Shown: in pieces, positions 13,391 through 26,500 of the stretch
Numbering within the stretch: position 1 is the first letter of the stretch
Layout of the letters: the number at the start of each line of letters is the position of its first letter
Assembly (NCBI RefSeq): GCF_902713615.1
Contig: NC_052149.1
Span: forward strand, 87,933,519 to 87,997,518
Source of the DNA: Scyliorhinus canicula
Lineage: Eukaryota
Direction: 5' to 3'
Length of the DNA stretch: 64,000 nucleotides
The notes under the pieces: model-generated
What the model was told of the DNA's origin: nothing
Database searches by the model: none
The model's input: the letters and a program-made list of their open reading frames with translations, nothing else
Translations under genes and position numbers: made by a program

Positions 13391-14206
13391 TCAGTTTGGG
13401 GAAATTCTGAAGATGCTTGGCGATGATTTTGCCGAATTGCTGCCGCGGTTTTCTTGAGGAATCACTGACACCCGATTCACAAAGTTTTGCTTCATTTTCG
13501 TCGTCTGCTGGGGCAGCTCGCGCTGTTTCCCAAAGCCCGCGGTGTTCCTCCTCTGGAATCTCCTGGAAATGGGGATGGAGGCGATGGTCTGAATGCACTT
13601 ATCCGAAGTCAGGCAAGATTTCTGTTTATTAAACAGGGACTGCCCGAAGAAGCGGTTAATCCGCAGAGCCTTCTCCCTCTGAATCTGGCCTTCTTCCCAC
13701 AGTTTTAACACCCGCTCATTTTCACGAGTCAGACTCTTTACCTGACACTGAGCTGCTTGCAGACTGTCTTCCAAAAGCTTCCTCGCGCCTCCCGCCTGAG
13801 CCAAATCCGCCAGCAGTTGGTCTATTTGTTGATTTAACCTGGTATTTTCCTGCAGCAGCATCTTGCCTTGCTCCGCCCTCTCTTTCAGCTCCCTCACCAC
13901 TTCCCTGGTCAGTTTGCTGTGGAGTCTGGTGCTGCTGTCTAACTGCAGCTCAGGTTGGAGTTTTTTGATGGTTCTGTTCAGACTTTTGTTTTCCGAGTTC
14001 AGGGTGTTGACCTTCTCTTTCAGTTCTCGGATCTGAGCCCTGGTCGCCGCCTCGATCGCGTGTAATTTATCCCGGCTGACCTCCCCTCTCCTGATCGCCT
14101 CGTCTCGCTCCCTCTTGTATTTTTGTAAGAGCCTCTTGATCTCGGACTTGGTCAGCGAGTTTGTGTGTGGAACTGAGAGCCGGGGCTCCCCCTTTGAGCC
14201 GGACAT
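13391..14206 (-). CDS. Uncharacterised coiled-coil protein (271 aa from MSGSKGEP; possibly 275 aa with a 4-nt upstream coding exon at 16173-16176)
   Basis: Uninterrupted 816-nt ORF in non-repeat, CpG-retaining sequence; heptad-rich E/K/R/Q/L composition; aaaATG context; acceptor-like tttatcccagccacag immediately upstream (exon start 14214); AATAAA on minus strand at 13242-13247. Confidence 0.75.
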   Translation of the reverse strand: MSGSKGEPRLSVPHTNSLTKSEIKRLLQKYKRERDEAIRRGEVSRDKLHAIEAATRAQIRELKEKVNTLNSENKSLNRTIKKLQPELQLDSSTRLHSKLTREVVRELKERAEQGKMLLQENTRLNQQIDQLLADLAQAGGARKLLEDSLQAAQCQVKSLTRENERVLKLWEEGQIQREKALRINRFFGQSLFNKQKSCLTSDKCIQTIASIPISRRFQRRNTAGFGKQRELPQQTTKMKQNFVNRVSVIPQENRGSNSAKSSPSIFRISPN

Positions 14207-14699
14207 TTTCAAATCTGTGGCTGGGATAAACATGGGTAAATGGATTTGACGCAAGCAATGTACATCCCTCTTAACTTTGGTCCTATCTGAAAACCGCACG
14301 GTTGGGTTACCCACTCTTCCAGGTTCAGGAGAGCCGGGGGCTATTTGCCATGAAACGCTCAATATTGCCACTAATATTGCTGTCCTCGGAGCCAGTCACC
14401 TAGAGCTGCCCATTCACATTTATTTGAAAATAATACTGATTTGATTACTACTAGCTAAACTTTCCGCTGACAGGAAGGTCCACAACCAGCGGACATAGAA
14501 AATAAGATGGGGAGAAATTGGAGGAATTTTATTTAGGCAGTTACCATGACCCGCTGTGCGCTGCCAGCAATGATGGTGGAAGCTGCCACTTTCAAAATGC
14601 AATTGGATAGATACTTGGGAACATGGGACTTAGAGAGGAGAGTAAGGACTGTATAGAACCAGGGCGTTTGGACCAAATGATTTATGTCATTACATAATG

Positions 14700-15033
14700 G
14701 GCAGCAGGGTAGCATAGTGGTTGGCGTCAATGCTTCGCGGATCCGGGGTCCCAGGTTCGGTTCCCGGCTGGGTCACTGTCTGTGCGGAGTCTGCACGTCC
14801 TCCCCGTGTGTGCGTGGGTTTCCTCCGGGTGCTCCGGTTTCCTCCCACAGTTCAAAGATGTGCGGGTTAGGTGGATTGGCCATGCTAAATTGCCCGTAGT
14901 GTCCTAAAAAAAGTAAGGTTAAGGGGGAGTTGTTGGGTTACTGGTATAGGGTGGATATGTGAGTTTGAGTAGGGTGATCATTGCTCGGCACAACATCGAG
15001 GGCCGAAGGGCCTGTTCTGTGCTGTACTGTTCT
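14700..15033 (+). mobile_element. HE1-type V-SINE
   Basis: Near-identical to the copies at 2719 and 56908. Confidence 0.88.
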
Positions 15034-17127
15034 AAATCTAAAAAATGTTCCAAATTGGATATTGCTCGTGCAATATCCTGCCACTCTCTCCCTAACAGCT
15101 ACACAAAAGGGAATGCAGCGGTTCGAGAACCCCCCCCCCCCCCCCCCCCCTACCTTCTCGAATGCAATGAAGAGAGTGAAAATTGCTGGCCTAACCAGCA
15201 CCTCCCCCCCCCCCCCCGCCCCCATGAAGGAATGGCATCATTAATTAAGGACATACCTACCTGCTGGTCGACGGGTTTCAAATTGTTTCTTTGTTGTTGC
15301 TGTGACCCCAGATCTCGAGCATGGCGCTGTTTTAACGGTTCACCTGTTGACCAGTTAGTTATTCCTTTAGGAGGTCTGAGTTCACTAGAAATAAATGTTC
15401 AATAACTTGTCTACATCAAAGTAGCAACAACAACAAAATCTAATCCCCTATTCAACCAAAACGCGCAACAAGATTTATTCATTGAAATATGCAGAAGTTA
15501 TAGAATATTATAGAGACTGACCCAGCCGATCTCTCTCGGCTCTTACCCACATCCCCTGACCTTTACTACACTTTTTTTTATTTTTTCCTCTTTTTTTCCC
15601 CAAATATTTATTCAATCACATAAAGGAAAGAGTTACTGTTTCTCCGCTGTTCCCGCTCGGACGTTTCATATCCTCGCAGGTAATAAAAGCAAATCTAACC
15701 TTGTTCTTGTGCTAATCGGAAATTTGTGTTGACTGGTCAGTCAATGGAAATACCCTCCTTCTAAATATTCAAAATAAACCCCGATCACTTCGAACATCTC
15801 CATCAGATCTCTCAACCTCCTCTGCTGTAGTGAAGAGAGCTCCAGTTTGTGTCGTCTTTCCTGGTGACCCAAACCTCTCCATTTCTGACATTGTGGGCAG
15901 TCTCTTCACCAACCTCCCTGGCTTTGACATTTATTCTGAAGAGTCTATCCGTTACAGCTTCATGTCAGGGTTCACTGAACCCTATTATCCGGGAGCTCAG
16001 CATTTCTTTTCCACCGCTGCCAAACTCCTCAGTCTCCCTGGGCTTAGATAGGGTGCTCTTTCAGAGGGTGGGTGTGGACCGAATGGCCCCTTCTGCACTC
16101 CAGGGATTCTATGATTCTATGGTTCTGTTCTTTGTGCGTTTACAGATTTGTGCAACGCAACGTTGACCTCACCCATCGCATTCCTGCATTTACCCCCTTT
16201 ACCCCAAGGGCTTGCTCCTGTACGCTGGGGGACAGGAAGCTGCCCACAGACGCAGCAATGATTATTTTATCTATTCGCATATTTAATCGTTTACTGAGAA
16301 CTGAGACTTCTGTTGGAAAATAAGACAGCGTTAGATATTTATGTTAGAAAATGGTTCAGGGTAAAAAAGAAACATGCCCTTCATCTATTTTACCCGTGTG
16401 CGCGGCCTTTATACAGACTGTAAAGGGGAAGCTTACTCACCATTTATTCAGAACTTTAATTACAAACATTTTGAACTTCCCGTTCAGATTTATGCACCTC
16501 ATTTCGTGTCGTCTTTCGTTTCACGATTCTTAATTTAGGCCGCTTGAAATGTGAATGAGCCAACATACCCCAGGGCGGCTTAAAATTATTCAATTTGAAT
16601 GGTGTATAATCAGTTTTAGGTAGGTGAGGTTGCTCTGAAGCTGCGCTCATGTTATTCCATACTGACGGCGCCCGTGTGGGCTAGAAATCCGATCTTTGTA
16701 ATGACAGCAAAGCAATGCTGAAACTCTGCACACACGTTCCTTACTTTTCAATGAGTGATGACAGTACACCAGGTCACGGACCTTGATTTGTGCGCATACG
16801 GTTATTAAACAACAGTAAAAGGCAAAAAAAAATCCTTGTCTTTCCCTCACATCAGACTATGAACTGTCTCTTCGTTCAACGTTCAAAAGTTAATGAAAAT
16901 AAACAGCACTTCACCGCGACCATCCAAAAGTAGGTTTAAGACGATAAACATTTCTGATCAATGGGGTTGCTCTGACCAGGAATGACCATGAGTTGAAATT
17001 GAGCTGTTCCGTTGGATGATTTCCAGAGGAGGGGGTCTAGATATTCCTGTAATGTGAGGCGCTCAATTATTTGATGTTTTTGGAAAAAAAAGTCGCCTCC
17101 TGTCCAAAATGGGATAAATATAGTCAT

Positions 17128-17428
17128 CTTTATTATTGCCACAAGTTGGTTTACATTAACACTGCAATGAAGTTACTGTGAAAATCCCCTAGTCGCCACA
17201 CTCTGGCGCCTGTTCGGGTACACTGAGGGAGAATTCAGAATGTCCAATTCACCTAACAGCCGTCTTTCGGGATTTGTGGGAGGAAACCGGAGCACCGGGA
17301 GGAAACCGGAGCAGACACAGGGTGAACGTGCAGACTGCGCGCAGACAGTGACCCAAGCCGGGAATTGAACCTGGCACTCTGGTGCTGTGAAGCAACAGTG
17401 CTAACCACTATGCTACTACCATCCTGCC
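17128..17428 (-). mobile_element. V-SINE with third tail type (...gtgacaataaagattatta)
   Basis: V domain followed by gtgaattggacattctgaattctccc...cacagtaacttcattgcagtgttaatgtaa; same family at 44601-44898 and 46438-46742 (+). Confidence 0.8.
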
Positions 17429-19439
17429 TAATCTGGCTTGATAAACCAGTAACAGGATGATTTACTGCTGATTTTTAAAACTGTGTTGCTTAAATTAGAG
17501 AATATGCAATTGCTATTTCCTATCATTTTTAGAAGTTTTGTTTTTCTGTATCTCCAGTTCTCTCGCCCCTCCAAAGCAGCGATTACTGCTGGGTGGGTCC
17601 ACAGTTACTGGCCAATCTCTATCAGCGGCTGTTGTATTGTCACATTGAGTACACAACACAGAAACAGCCCATTTGGCCCAAATGGTCTGTGAGGGGTCTC
17701 CATACAACCTAATTCATTTATTCTGCTTTTTCCCTGTGTGCTTATCTCGCTCCCCCTTAAATAAATTAACATTTGCCTCAACTACTACTGCATCCTTACC
17801 ACTCTTTGGGTTAAGAAATTTCTCTTGAATTCTCTAATGGATTTACTAATGACTTATCTTATGATAGTCTCTCCATAAGTGGGTTTCCCCAACAAATGAA
17901 AACACCTGAACAAACTCATTATCTTCTACATGAAAGAGACCCAGTTTCTTCAGCTTTTCTGAAGAAGTATATCTTTCCAGATCTGGTGTCATTCTTGTGA
18001 ACCTTTTTTTTGCAACTTCTTCAATCACCTCGACATCTTTATTTTTTATAATATGAATATCAGAACTGTAGAATCTTAGCATTCCTACCATGCAGAAGGA
18101 GGCCATTCAGCCCATCGAGTCTGCACCGACTCTCTGAAAGAGTATCCTATCTAGGCCCACCCCCTCACCCTATCCCTGTACGGAGCACCTGGAGGAAACC
18201 CACGCACGGAGAGAAAGTGCAAACTCCACAGTCACCCAAGACAGGAATTGAACCCAGGTCCCTGGCGCTGTGAAGCAGCAGTGCTAATCACAGTGCCACC
18301 CATGCCGACTCCTAGCCGAGTCTATCTAAGGATCCATACATGTTTAACATCTCTACTTTTCAGTTCTATTCCCTTAGGGTTGGCATGATAGCTAAGTCCA
18401 ATCCTCTCCTTAACATTTATATGGCTGCACTTCCTACCAGAAAATTCTGGCAGCTTTTTACCCAGCTCTGACCCAATCACCACCCTAGTTAAATAGTGGA
18501 TGTTAAATATTATAAAACTACAATTATCGATGTTCTAGTATTACCTGATTAGCAATATCATGCAATTCTTTCACATTTAATTGTGAAAAATGCTCCCTAA
18601 ACCCACGCTTCTTTCCCAATATTTTAACTAGTATTTTTGCTAGAATCCTCAATTTTGTAATTTACTGCATCGTCGGCAATGTGAGGCTGTATTCATTAAC
18701 AAAGTGAAAGATTTAAGCATCTTCATACCTGACTCCTCTTTTTGTTTCATCCAAGATGTAAAAAAGGTCTCTCTTTGGAGAGAGAGGCACTTTGTTTGTG
18801 TGGACAGGACCAGTCAGCTATTTCCTGATTGATTGGTTTTCAGTTCATTGTCAGTGGAAGATCTGACGTTTGCAGGAATTGAACCCTGTCTAATTGTACT
18901 CAAGATGACACAAAGCTCACTTTTCCCTCAGCCACTAACATGGCCAGCTCAAATTGCAGTGATTAATTGTCAAGTAGGTAGAGTACACCTCAGATATAAA
19001 TACCAGAGTGTAACAGTAGATTGTGGTGCTGCCAGAGCTTTGTGCCAACTGCAAGTTATAAAGTCAAATATGGCATAACCTACTTCACTTTTTGCAATAG
19101 CTGAATGATTCTCCCACCACACACCCCCTTTCAATTTTCTCCCCAAGTGAGGAGTTTTTTTCATTGTTATTGGCTGGGTAGTGGGAGGGTCCACAATTCA
19201 AATCCTCAACCAGGTTGCTACTGGGTAGTGTAATGCTTACAATGCTGAGCACGTCAGGAGTTCAAATTCAGGTTTGAGGAGTTGTGAATTTAATAAATGT
19301 TGTCATTTGTGGGCTGACGTGAGAAAAATGACTTAGAATTCTGCTGTTTTTCAATAAATGTACAACAGGTTTGCTACTGACTGGCAAGGAAGGGATTCTG
19401 TCATCTCCTCCTCCCCAGTTTGGTTAACATATCATTCCA

Positions 19440-19658
19440 TGGACAGCACGGTGGTGCAGTGGTAGGACTGCAGTTTCACGAATCAGTCCCAGGTTCGATC
19501 CCGACTCTGGGTCATTGTCCGTGTGGAGTTTACACATTCTCCCCTTGTTTGCATGGGTTTCGCCCCCACAACTCAAAGATGTGCAGGCTAGGTGGATTGA
19601 ACACGCTAAATTGCCCCTTAATTGGAAAAAATGAATTAGGTACACTAAATTTTAAAAA
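19440..19658 (+). mobile_element. Poly(A)-tailed V-SINE
   Basis: tRNA head, V domain and A-rich end; flanking duplication aacat(t)atcattcca. Confidence 0.8.
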
Positions 19659-20949
19659 ACATTATCATTCCAGTTCCACTCAATTTTCGATCATTGCTGA
19701 TATGCTCCTCATACCACACCAAGCACTGGAACTACCACCCGAAGCGGAAACAAAGGAATGAAGATTTGCATTTATTTATTTATTTTTCCAATTAAGGGGC
19801 AATTTAGCATGGCCAATCCACCTACCCTGCACATCTCAAACCCGGGTCCTCGGCACCATGAGGCAACAGTGTTAACCACTGCGCCACCGTGGCCTCCCAA
19901 GACTTGCATTTATATAGCATCTTTCCTGATCTCAGGATATCCCAAAACACCTTACAGGCAATCAAGTAATTTTGAAGTTAAGTGACTCTTGTCATGTAGG
20001 GCACATGGCAGCAAATTTGCAGGCAGCAAAATCCCACAAGCAGCAATATAATTATCAGGTAATAAGTTTAGTGAAGTTGGTTAAAAGATATATAACAGGG
20101 AACCTGGGAGAATTTCACTGCTGCTGTCTTTTTAACATCCACCCGAAATACCTTAACACCTCATCTGCAAGACAGCACCCCAACACTGCAGCACTCGCTT
20201 TGTACTAGGTTGGATTGTCAGTCTAAGGTCTGTGCTCTGAGGTGAGCCCGAAACCTTATGACTTAAAGACATGAGTGCTTTTACTGTGTCATGGTTATCA
20301 GTTCATATCAATTTCAAGCCAGCTTTATTTTTTTTCAAATGTCACAGACTACCAAACAAATATTTAAGATGAAAACATTTCTAAAATTGAAAGCATAGAC
20401 CCCCCCCCCCCCCGATGAAAATATGGCAATCGCAAGAAAAGGTGCAACTTTTTCAGACATTGCCAACCAAAGGTTTTGAGTCTCAATTCTACTTAAACAT
20501 TCAAGAAGGGTGTGGATTAGATTCTTAGATTCCTTCTCGGGGAGTGTAGATATACAAAACTAGATCTGAGCCAAATTGGAATAAATTCAAGTTCATTCTA
20601 AGTTTGAAAAGAAAGATAAGCTTTTCTCAAAGATGGGCAATCTGCTCTTCCATCTGTTCATAAACATGTCTTCTCACGCCTACACTCCTTCCATTTTTTT
20701 ACCCTTTGTTTTTGTTTTGCTTGTTTGCTGTAACTGATTCTAAGGTATCTTTCTTCTTGGAGTTGTCCAGTGATGAGCATATTTGCTGTGTACAGGAATA
20801 AAAGTCCATCCTTACTGTAGTTTTGTATTCAAGAAGCATTCTCTCGTACTACTTGGCACATGTTGGTTTTCTATTTATAGGCCACTGGGATGTTTGAAGT
20901 TAGAGAAAGTGGGACTGTTATCTCTGGAAACCAGCGTTGGTTCTGGAGA

Positions 20950-21630
20950 TGCAAGAACGGGTGGACACCATGAATGAATAAAGACACGAGGAACAGTTGA
21001 GGGTTATGAAAGAGGAATACATTAAGTACAAAAACAGCAGAGGAGTGCATCATATGAGAGAATACTAAGAGGTTAGGAGAGGTCAATAATCAATTTGGAA
21101 GGCAAAAATTAACCAGAAGATTAAATTATCAAGATATTCAAAACAAAATAGTAAAATATTTTACAGGCACGTCGATAAAAAAGGAAGTCTGATAGGAACA
21201 GGACCCAATTAAAGGATAGACAGGATAACACCACAGGTAATGATAGATGACAGAAATGTCAAATCATTATTTTGGTTCAGGGAGTTAGAACAGGTAGACA
21301 TCATATTGAATGATGAGATGAGCAGTTAGCTAATTGCTTTTAAAATAAAAGAGATGTACGGAATAAACTAAACAAACTAAAAGAGGATAATGTCCCTAAT
21401 CCAGATGGATTGCAACCACATATTTTAAAAATAATCTAGGGAAGAGATACCAGAGACAATGCTACACATATTTCATAATTTGTTAGAAAAAGTTGCAGTG
21501 CGAGGGGACTGGTGGATAGCTAATTTAATTATTATATTTAAGATTGGGGCAGAACTTGTCTAGGGAATTATAGACCAATCAATTTAACATCAGTGGAAGG
21601 AAAAATAATGGAATTCCTACTAAAGGCAAG
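20950..21630 (+). mobile_element. Old CR1-type LINE ORF2 fragment
   Basis: Degenerate (S)PNPDGLQPHILK and GNYRPINLTSVEGKIME motifs. Confidence 0.6.
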
Positions 21631-21915
21631 CTGTGGTGTAGTGGTATTGTCACTGGCCTAGTAACCCAGAGACCCAGCGTAATGCTCTGGGGACCTACGT
21701 TTGAATCACATCACAGCAGATCGTGGAATTTAAATTCCAAACATTTTTAAATTAGAAGTCTAATGATGACCAGGAAACCATTGTTGAAAAACCCATCTGG
21801 TTCACTAATGTCCTTTAGGAATGGAAATCTGCACAGCAATGTGGTTACCCGTACCTGCTCCCTCAAGGGCAATAAATGCTGGCCCAGCCAGCGATGCCCA
21901 CATCCCATGAAAAAA
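21630..21915 (+). mobile_element. Deu-domain tRNA-SINE
   Basis: gtggtgtagtggtattgtcactgg head, aaaacccatctggttcactaatgtcctttagg core, gggcaataaatgctggcc tail. Confidence 0.75.
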
Positions 21916-23044
21916 ATAAAAATAAATAAAGGAGAGAATAGAAGAGCATGTAGAGACAGAGGAGGATCAATTAACCATTTCTTGATTCTTCCTTTCATCC
22001 AGATACAGGCAATGCTTCAGAAGACGTGGTTTAGTCACTGTAGGGTGATATTTATTTGCCCAGGATGTACTTACATGTACTGAATTTAGTTCTTGTAATT
22101 CACCTGTGTGAAATTCAATACAAAATCATGAAACATAACAATTTAATTTACTATTGTACATTTGTGAAGTTCAGCTTTTCAAAAGAAATGTAGTAATTTA
22201 CTAATATATATATTTAGCGCAACTAAGTAAATCTCTACATTAATATTCAATAACAGAATATTTGATTTCTTTGTCAAGAAAGACAATGATCAAACAAGAT
22301 TTTACCAAACTAATTTGTGTAGTATCGGAGAAAAACATTTACAGTATGTAACAAATACATCTCTCTTAAGACCATGGAAAAGTAGAACAGAGAATCAAAG
22401 CAGCCACAATGTGAAAATAATCCCAAAGGTTTAGTCGGTTTGGAGCTCTGCAACAGTCAAGTGTTCTGGTGTTCTGTTGAACATACTTCTTTGAAGTTTT
22501 TCTTTAATGATGTAACCCAAATCACATTGATTGGGAAGTCTCCTCAGACTAAACATTTACCAAGACATCAGTGAAAGAATCTGTAAGCAAAGCACAGGAA
22601 CCTTTTCACAAAGAATGCATTTTCACATTTTGCAGATTATGAATGAATTGATGAAGCATTGACGCAGACACAGTTTAATCATGGTGAAAGGGAGGTCAGT
22701 TAATCATTTTCAAAGTTAGGAGCAAGAAGCAAGGTGGAAGTTGAGTAGTCAGAGATTCTTTTATTTTTTAATTAAAGATAGACATGTAGAATAAGTTAGC
22801 AGAAGCGGTAATTGAAACTGACTGCATAAAAGGTTCAGAGACGGATATATTTCTGCAAAGAATGCAATTGAAGGAAGTGGTGAGGAATTGGGAAATGGGG
22901 TGCTATCAATTAAAATGGTTGGGCTTATTTGGACAATAGGCCTTCTCTGTTTCTGAAAATTCTGATATCTCACTATAATAAATAAATTTAAATACCAATG
23001 TTTTCTCATTATTAAAATATCCAGTTTAAAATTTGACAAAATGA

Positions 23045-23232
23045 GGAGATGCCGCCGTTGGACTGGGGTGAGCACAGTAAGAAGTCTTACAACACCAGGT
23101 TAAAGTCCAACAGGTTTGTTTTGAATCACTAGCTTTTGAAGCACTGCTCCTTAGGTGAATGAAGAGGTAGGTTCCAGAAACATATATATAGACAAAGTCA
23201 AAGATGCAAGACGATGCTTTGAATGCGAGTCT
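23045..23232 (-). mobile_element. Penelope-like element terminal (pLTR) fragment with a degenerate hammerhead
   Basis: Reverse complement of the 41790-41905 element (acaacaccaggttaaagtccaacaggtttg..atcactagc); CTGATGA core missing. Confidence 0.7.
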
Positions 23233-23559
23233 CTCGACTTCCTCCGCCTGGAAAAGATTAAGTTTGAATTGAGGGGTTCAGTGGAGGGCTTTGAGACACA
23301 GTGGGGACTGTTCATGACCATGTTTCAGGAATTGTTCATTGCTGGAGGGATGGGGGTGGGGTAAAAACTTGCACAAACTGTGAACTGTGGAGAATGCTCT
23401 TTGATTTATTTATGTCTTTGTACCTTTGAATATGTTTGGAATAAAATACATTTAATACAAGTAGAAAGCAATTGTCCACGAGGTGGCTCCTTCCAGAGTA
23501 CTTTGATTTTGGCCCTTTTCGTCTGGTTTTCAGGGGATTTGGGAAGGAACTTTATTAGT

Positions 23560-26500
23560 TTGATGCGATAGGAGTCCAACATAAAAAGAATGCACATTAA
23601 GTACAAAACGAGGCAGCAGAAAAATAAAGATTCAACGTCAGACTCGGGAGTTTCATGAGCTAAGCTGAGAAAATGGCGGAGGCTTCTGCATCACCTTCGG
23701 GCACTCCATTATCTGCTGAAATGCTGACAGGCATCTTGCCGGGGAACATAAGAAATTGCGGCAGGCTGTCTCTGAAGACCTCGACAGACCAATTGATGTG
23801 CCCTGTCCTCTATTTGTGTGGCCTTGAAAAAACTGCCCAGATGGCAAAGGCGCAAAGTGGTACTAAAGGATGTGGACGCGGCCCTGTCAAGACAGAGTGA
23901 CCAGATTACCTCCCTGGAAGTCTTTATGGAATAGATGGGGGGAGTAGACCCATGGCAATTCTTACATCCAAATGAGAAGGACTTTCTTTTTTTCTCTTGC
24001 TTACATCAGGTCTACTCTTGGACTGACTTTTTTGTGGTGGGTAGGTCTCTCCTTTCTGAGGTGGTGTGATGGGGTATTCGTCAATTGTTATTTTGGAACA
24101 TCTCCACATTTTGTGGATTTGGTGCTGGGGCCGAGAGAATGCCAGTCGTCCATTAGCGCACCATAGTACAGGTGAAGGACTCATGTGGCAGGCAGGTTAC
24201 CGCAGACTTTATAAGTCGGAGCCCGTGGAGGATAGGTTGCCCATGATGGAATTTTTGGATGGCTTTTCTATCCCAGTTGTAGAGTGAGAGGGAAGAGACT
24301 TGTCCTGAGACCACATTGAGCCCGGAGATCATGAAATGCATGAGTTCAATGCAGACGGGTAAGGCTCCAGGCCTGGATGGATTCTCGATTAAATTTTACA
24401 AGAAATTTGCGGGTCAGTTGATCCCATTGTTGTTAGATTTCATAGAATTTACAGTGCAGAAGGAGGCCATTCGGCCCATCGAGTCTGCACCGGCTCCTGG
24501 AAAGAGCACCCCACCCAAGGTTAACACCTCCACCCCATCCCCATAACCCAGTAACCCCACCCAACACTAAGGGCAATTTTGGACACTAAGGGCAATTTAG
24601 CATCTCCAATCCACCTAACATGCACGTCTTTGGACTGTGGGAGGAAACCGGAGCACCCGGAGGAAACCCACGCACACACGGGGAGGATGTGCAGACTCCG
24701 TACAGACAGTGACCCAAACCGGAATCGAACCTGGGACCCTGGAGCTGTGAAGCGATTGTGCTATCCACAATGCTACCGTGTTTAATGATTCCTTATCCCG
24801 CGGGGTCATATTGCTGGTTACATTGGCGCAGGCATCGATCTCTTTGATTTTGAAGAAGGATAAGGATCCGACAGAGTGTGGGTTGTATCACCCTATTTTG
24901 TTATTGAATCCAGACACTAAGCTGTTGGTGAAAGGTTTGGCAATGCGCTTGGAGGTCTGCCTTCCAGGACTGACAGCGGAGGACAGACTGGGTTTGTTGA
25001 GGGCAGGCAGCTTTCGATCAACATAGGGCTACTATTAATATTATTTTGTTCCCCTCTCAAATCCCTGAGCCAAAGGTGGTTATTTCAATGGGCGCTGAAA
25101 AGACATTTGATAGGGTGGAATGGGGGTACCTGTTCGGGATCTTTGGAAGGTTCGGGTTTGGGCCTAGATTTATATCTTGGATCTGCCTTTTATACAGAGC
25201 TCACACTGCGAGTGTTCATATAAATGCCCTGAACTCAGAATAGATCCTGTTAAATAGAGGTTTGAGGCAAGGTTGTCCATTGTCTCTTCCCTCCCGCTAT
25301 GGTTTGCCTTGGCAATTGAGCCTCTGGTCATAGCATTGAGGTCATCAATGGGAGCATAAGGTGTCCTTGTATACAGATGATCTGTCTTTGCATATAATGG
25401 ATCCTCTCTCCAATGTAGAGGAGATAATGAAGCTACTTAGGAGTTCAGACTCTTTCTCAGGGTATAAGTTGAATCTTGACAGGCAGCATGGTGGTGCAGT
25501 GATTAGCACTGCTGCTTCAAGGCGCTGAGGACCTGGGTTCGATCCTGGCCCCGGTCACTGTCCGTGTGGAGTTTGCACATTCTCCCCGAGTCTGTGTGGG
25601 TCTCACCCCCACAACCCAAAAAGATGTGCACGCTAAGTGGATTGGCCACGCTAAATTGCCCTTAATTGGAAAAAAAATAATTGGGTACTTTAAATTAGAG
25701 GTTGAATCTTTTTTTTATGAAGGTGAATAAATTATTCCTTCCTTTATTTGGGCGGTCAAGACCCATGGATTTGTAGAACATTTCTGCAGAGGGAGAGGCA
25801 GTTGGCTGGCCTAGTGCTACCTAATTTGTTATTTTACAATTGGGCGGCAAACATTGAGAAAATATGAGGGTGGCCTAAGGATCCTTATTCCATATGGGGG
25901 CGTATGGAAGGGTACTAGTTTGAGGGCTTGGTTACGGCTCCACTTCAGTTATTCCCACAAAATGTACTTCAAGCTCGGTGGTGGTGGCCACTCTGAGGAT
26001 ATGGAGACAGTTCAGGCAACATTTTCAGCTGGGTGCCATGTCAAAGTTAGTTCCAATCTTCAGAAATCATTGCTTAGTTCTGGCGGTTTTGGACTCGTCG
26101 TCCAGGTCATGAGGAAGGGAGAGATTGGAGCGGTTTGGAGACATGTTTATAGAGGGTAAGTTCACTGGTTTTGAAGATTGGTTGGGTAAATTCCAACTTT
26201 CGAAGTCGAATCTACTAAGGTTTTTTCAGGTGCAAGACATTTTATGCAAGGAGATTCCTTCCTCCCTCTTGGCACCCTCACCCTCCCCTCGCTGTTGGAC
26301 AAAGTCATTTCACTGGCTGAGTTGAGGAAGAAGAAAGATATCAGCTATTTATGGTCAGATTTTGTCAGTGGAGCAAGCTTCAATGGATTAGGTAAGGAGG
26401 GTTGGGGGGTGAGTATGGCCCTTCACAGGGTCAACTTGACCTCCTTATGTGCTAGGCTCAGCTTGATTCAGTGCAAGGTGGCACAGAGGAGACATCTAAC

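Noticed and set aside
14207-14371. N-terminal extension of the 326-aa ORF in the ORF track
   Set aside because: Starts at a non-ATG codon and runs through a splice-acceptor-like tract and repeat-like sequence; the real start is more likely 14206 or a spliced upstream exon.
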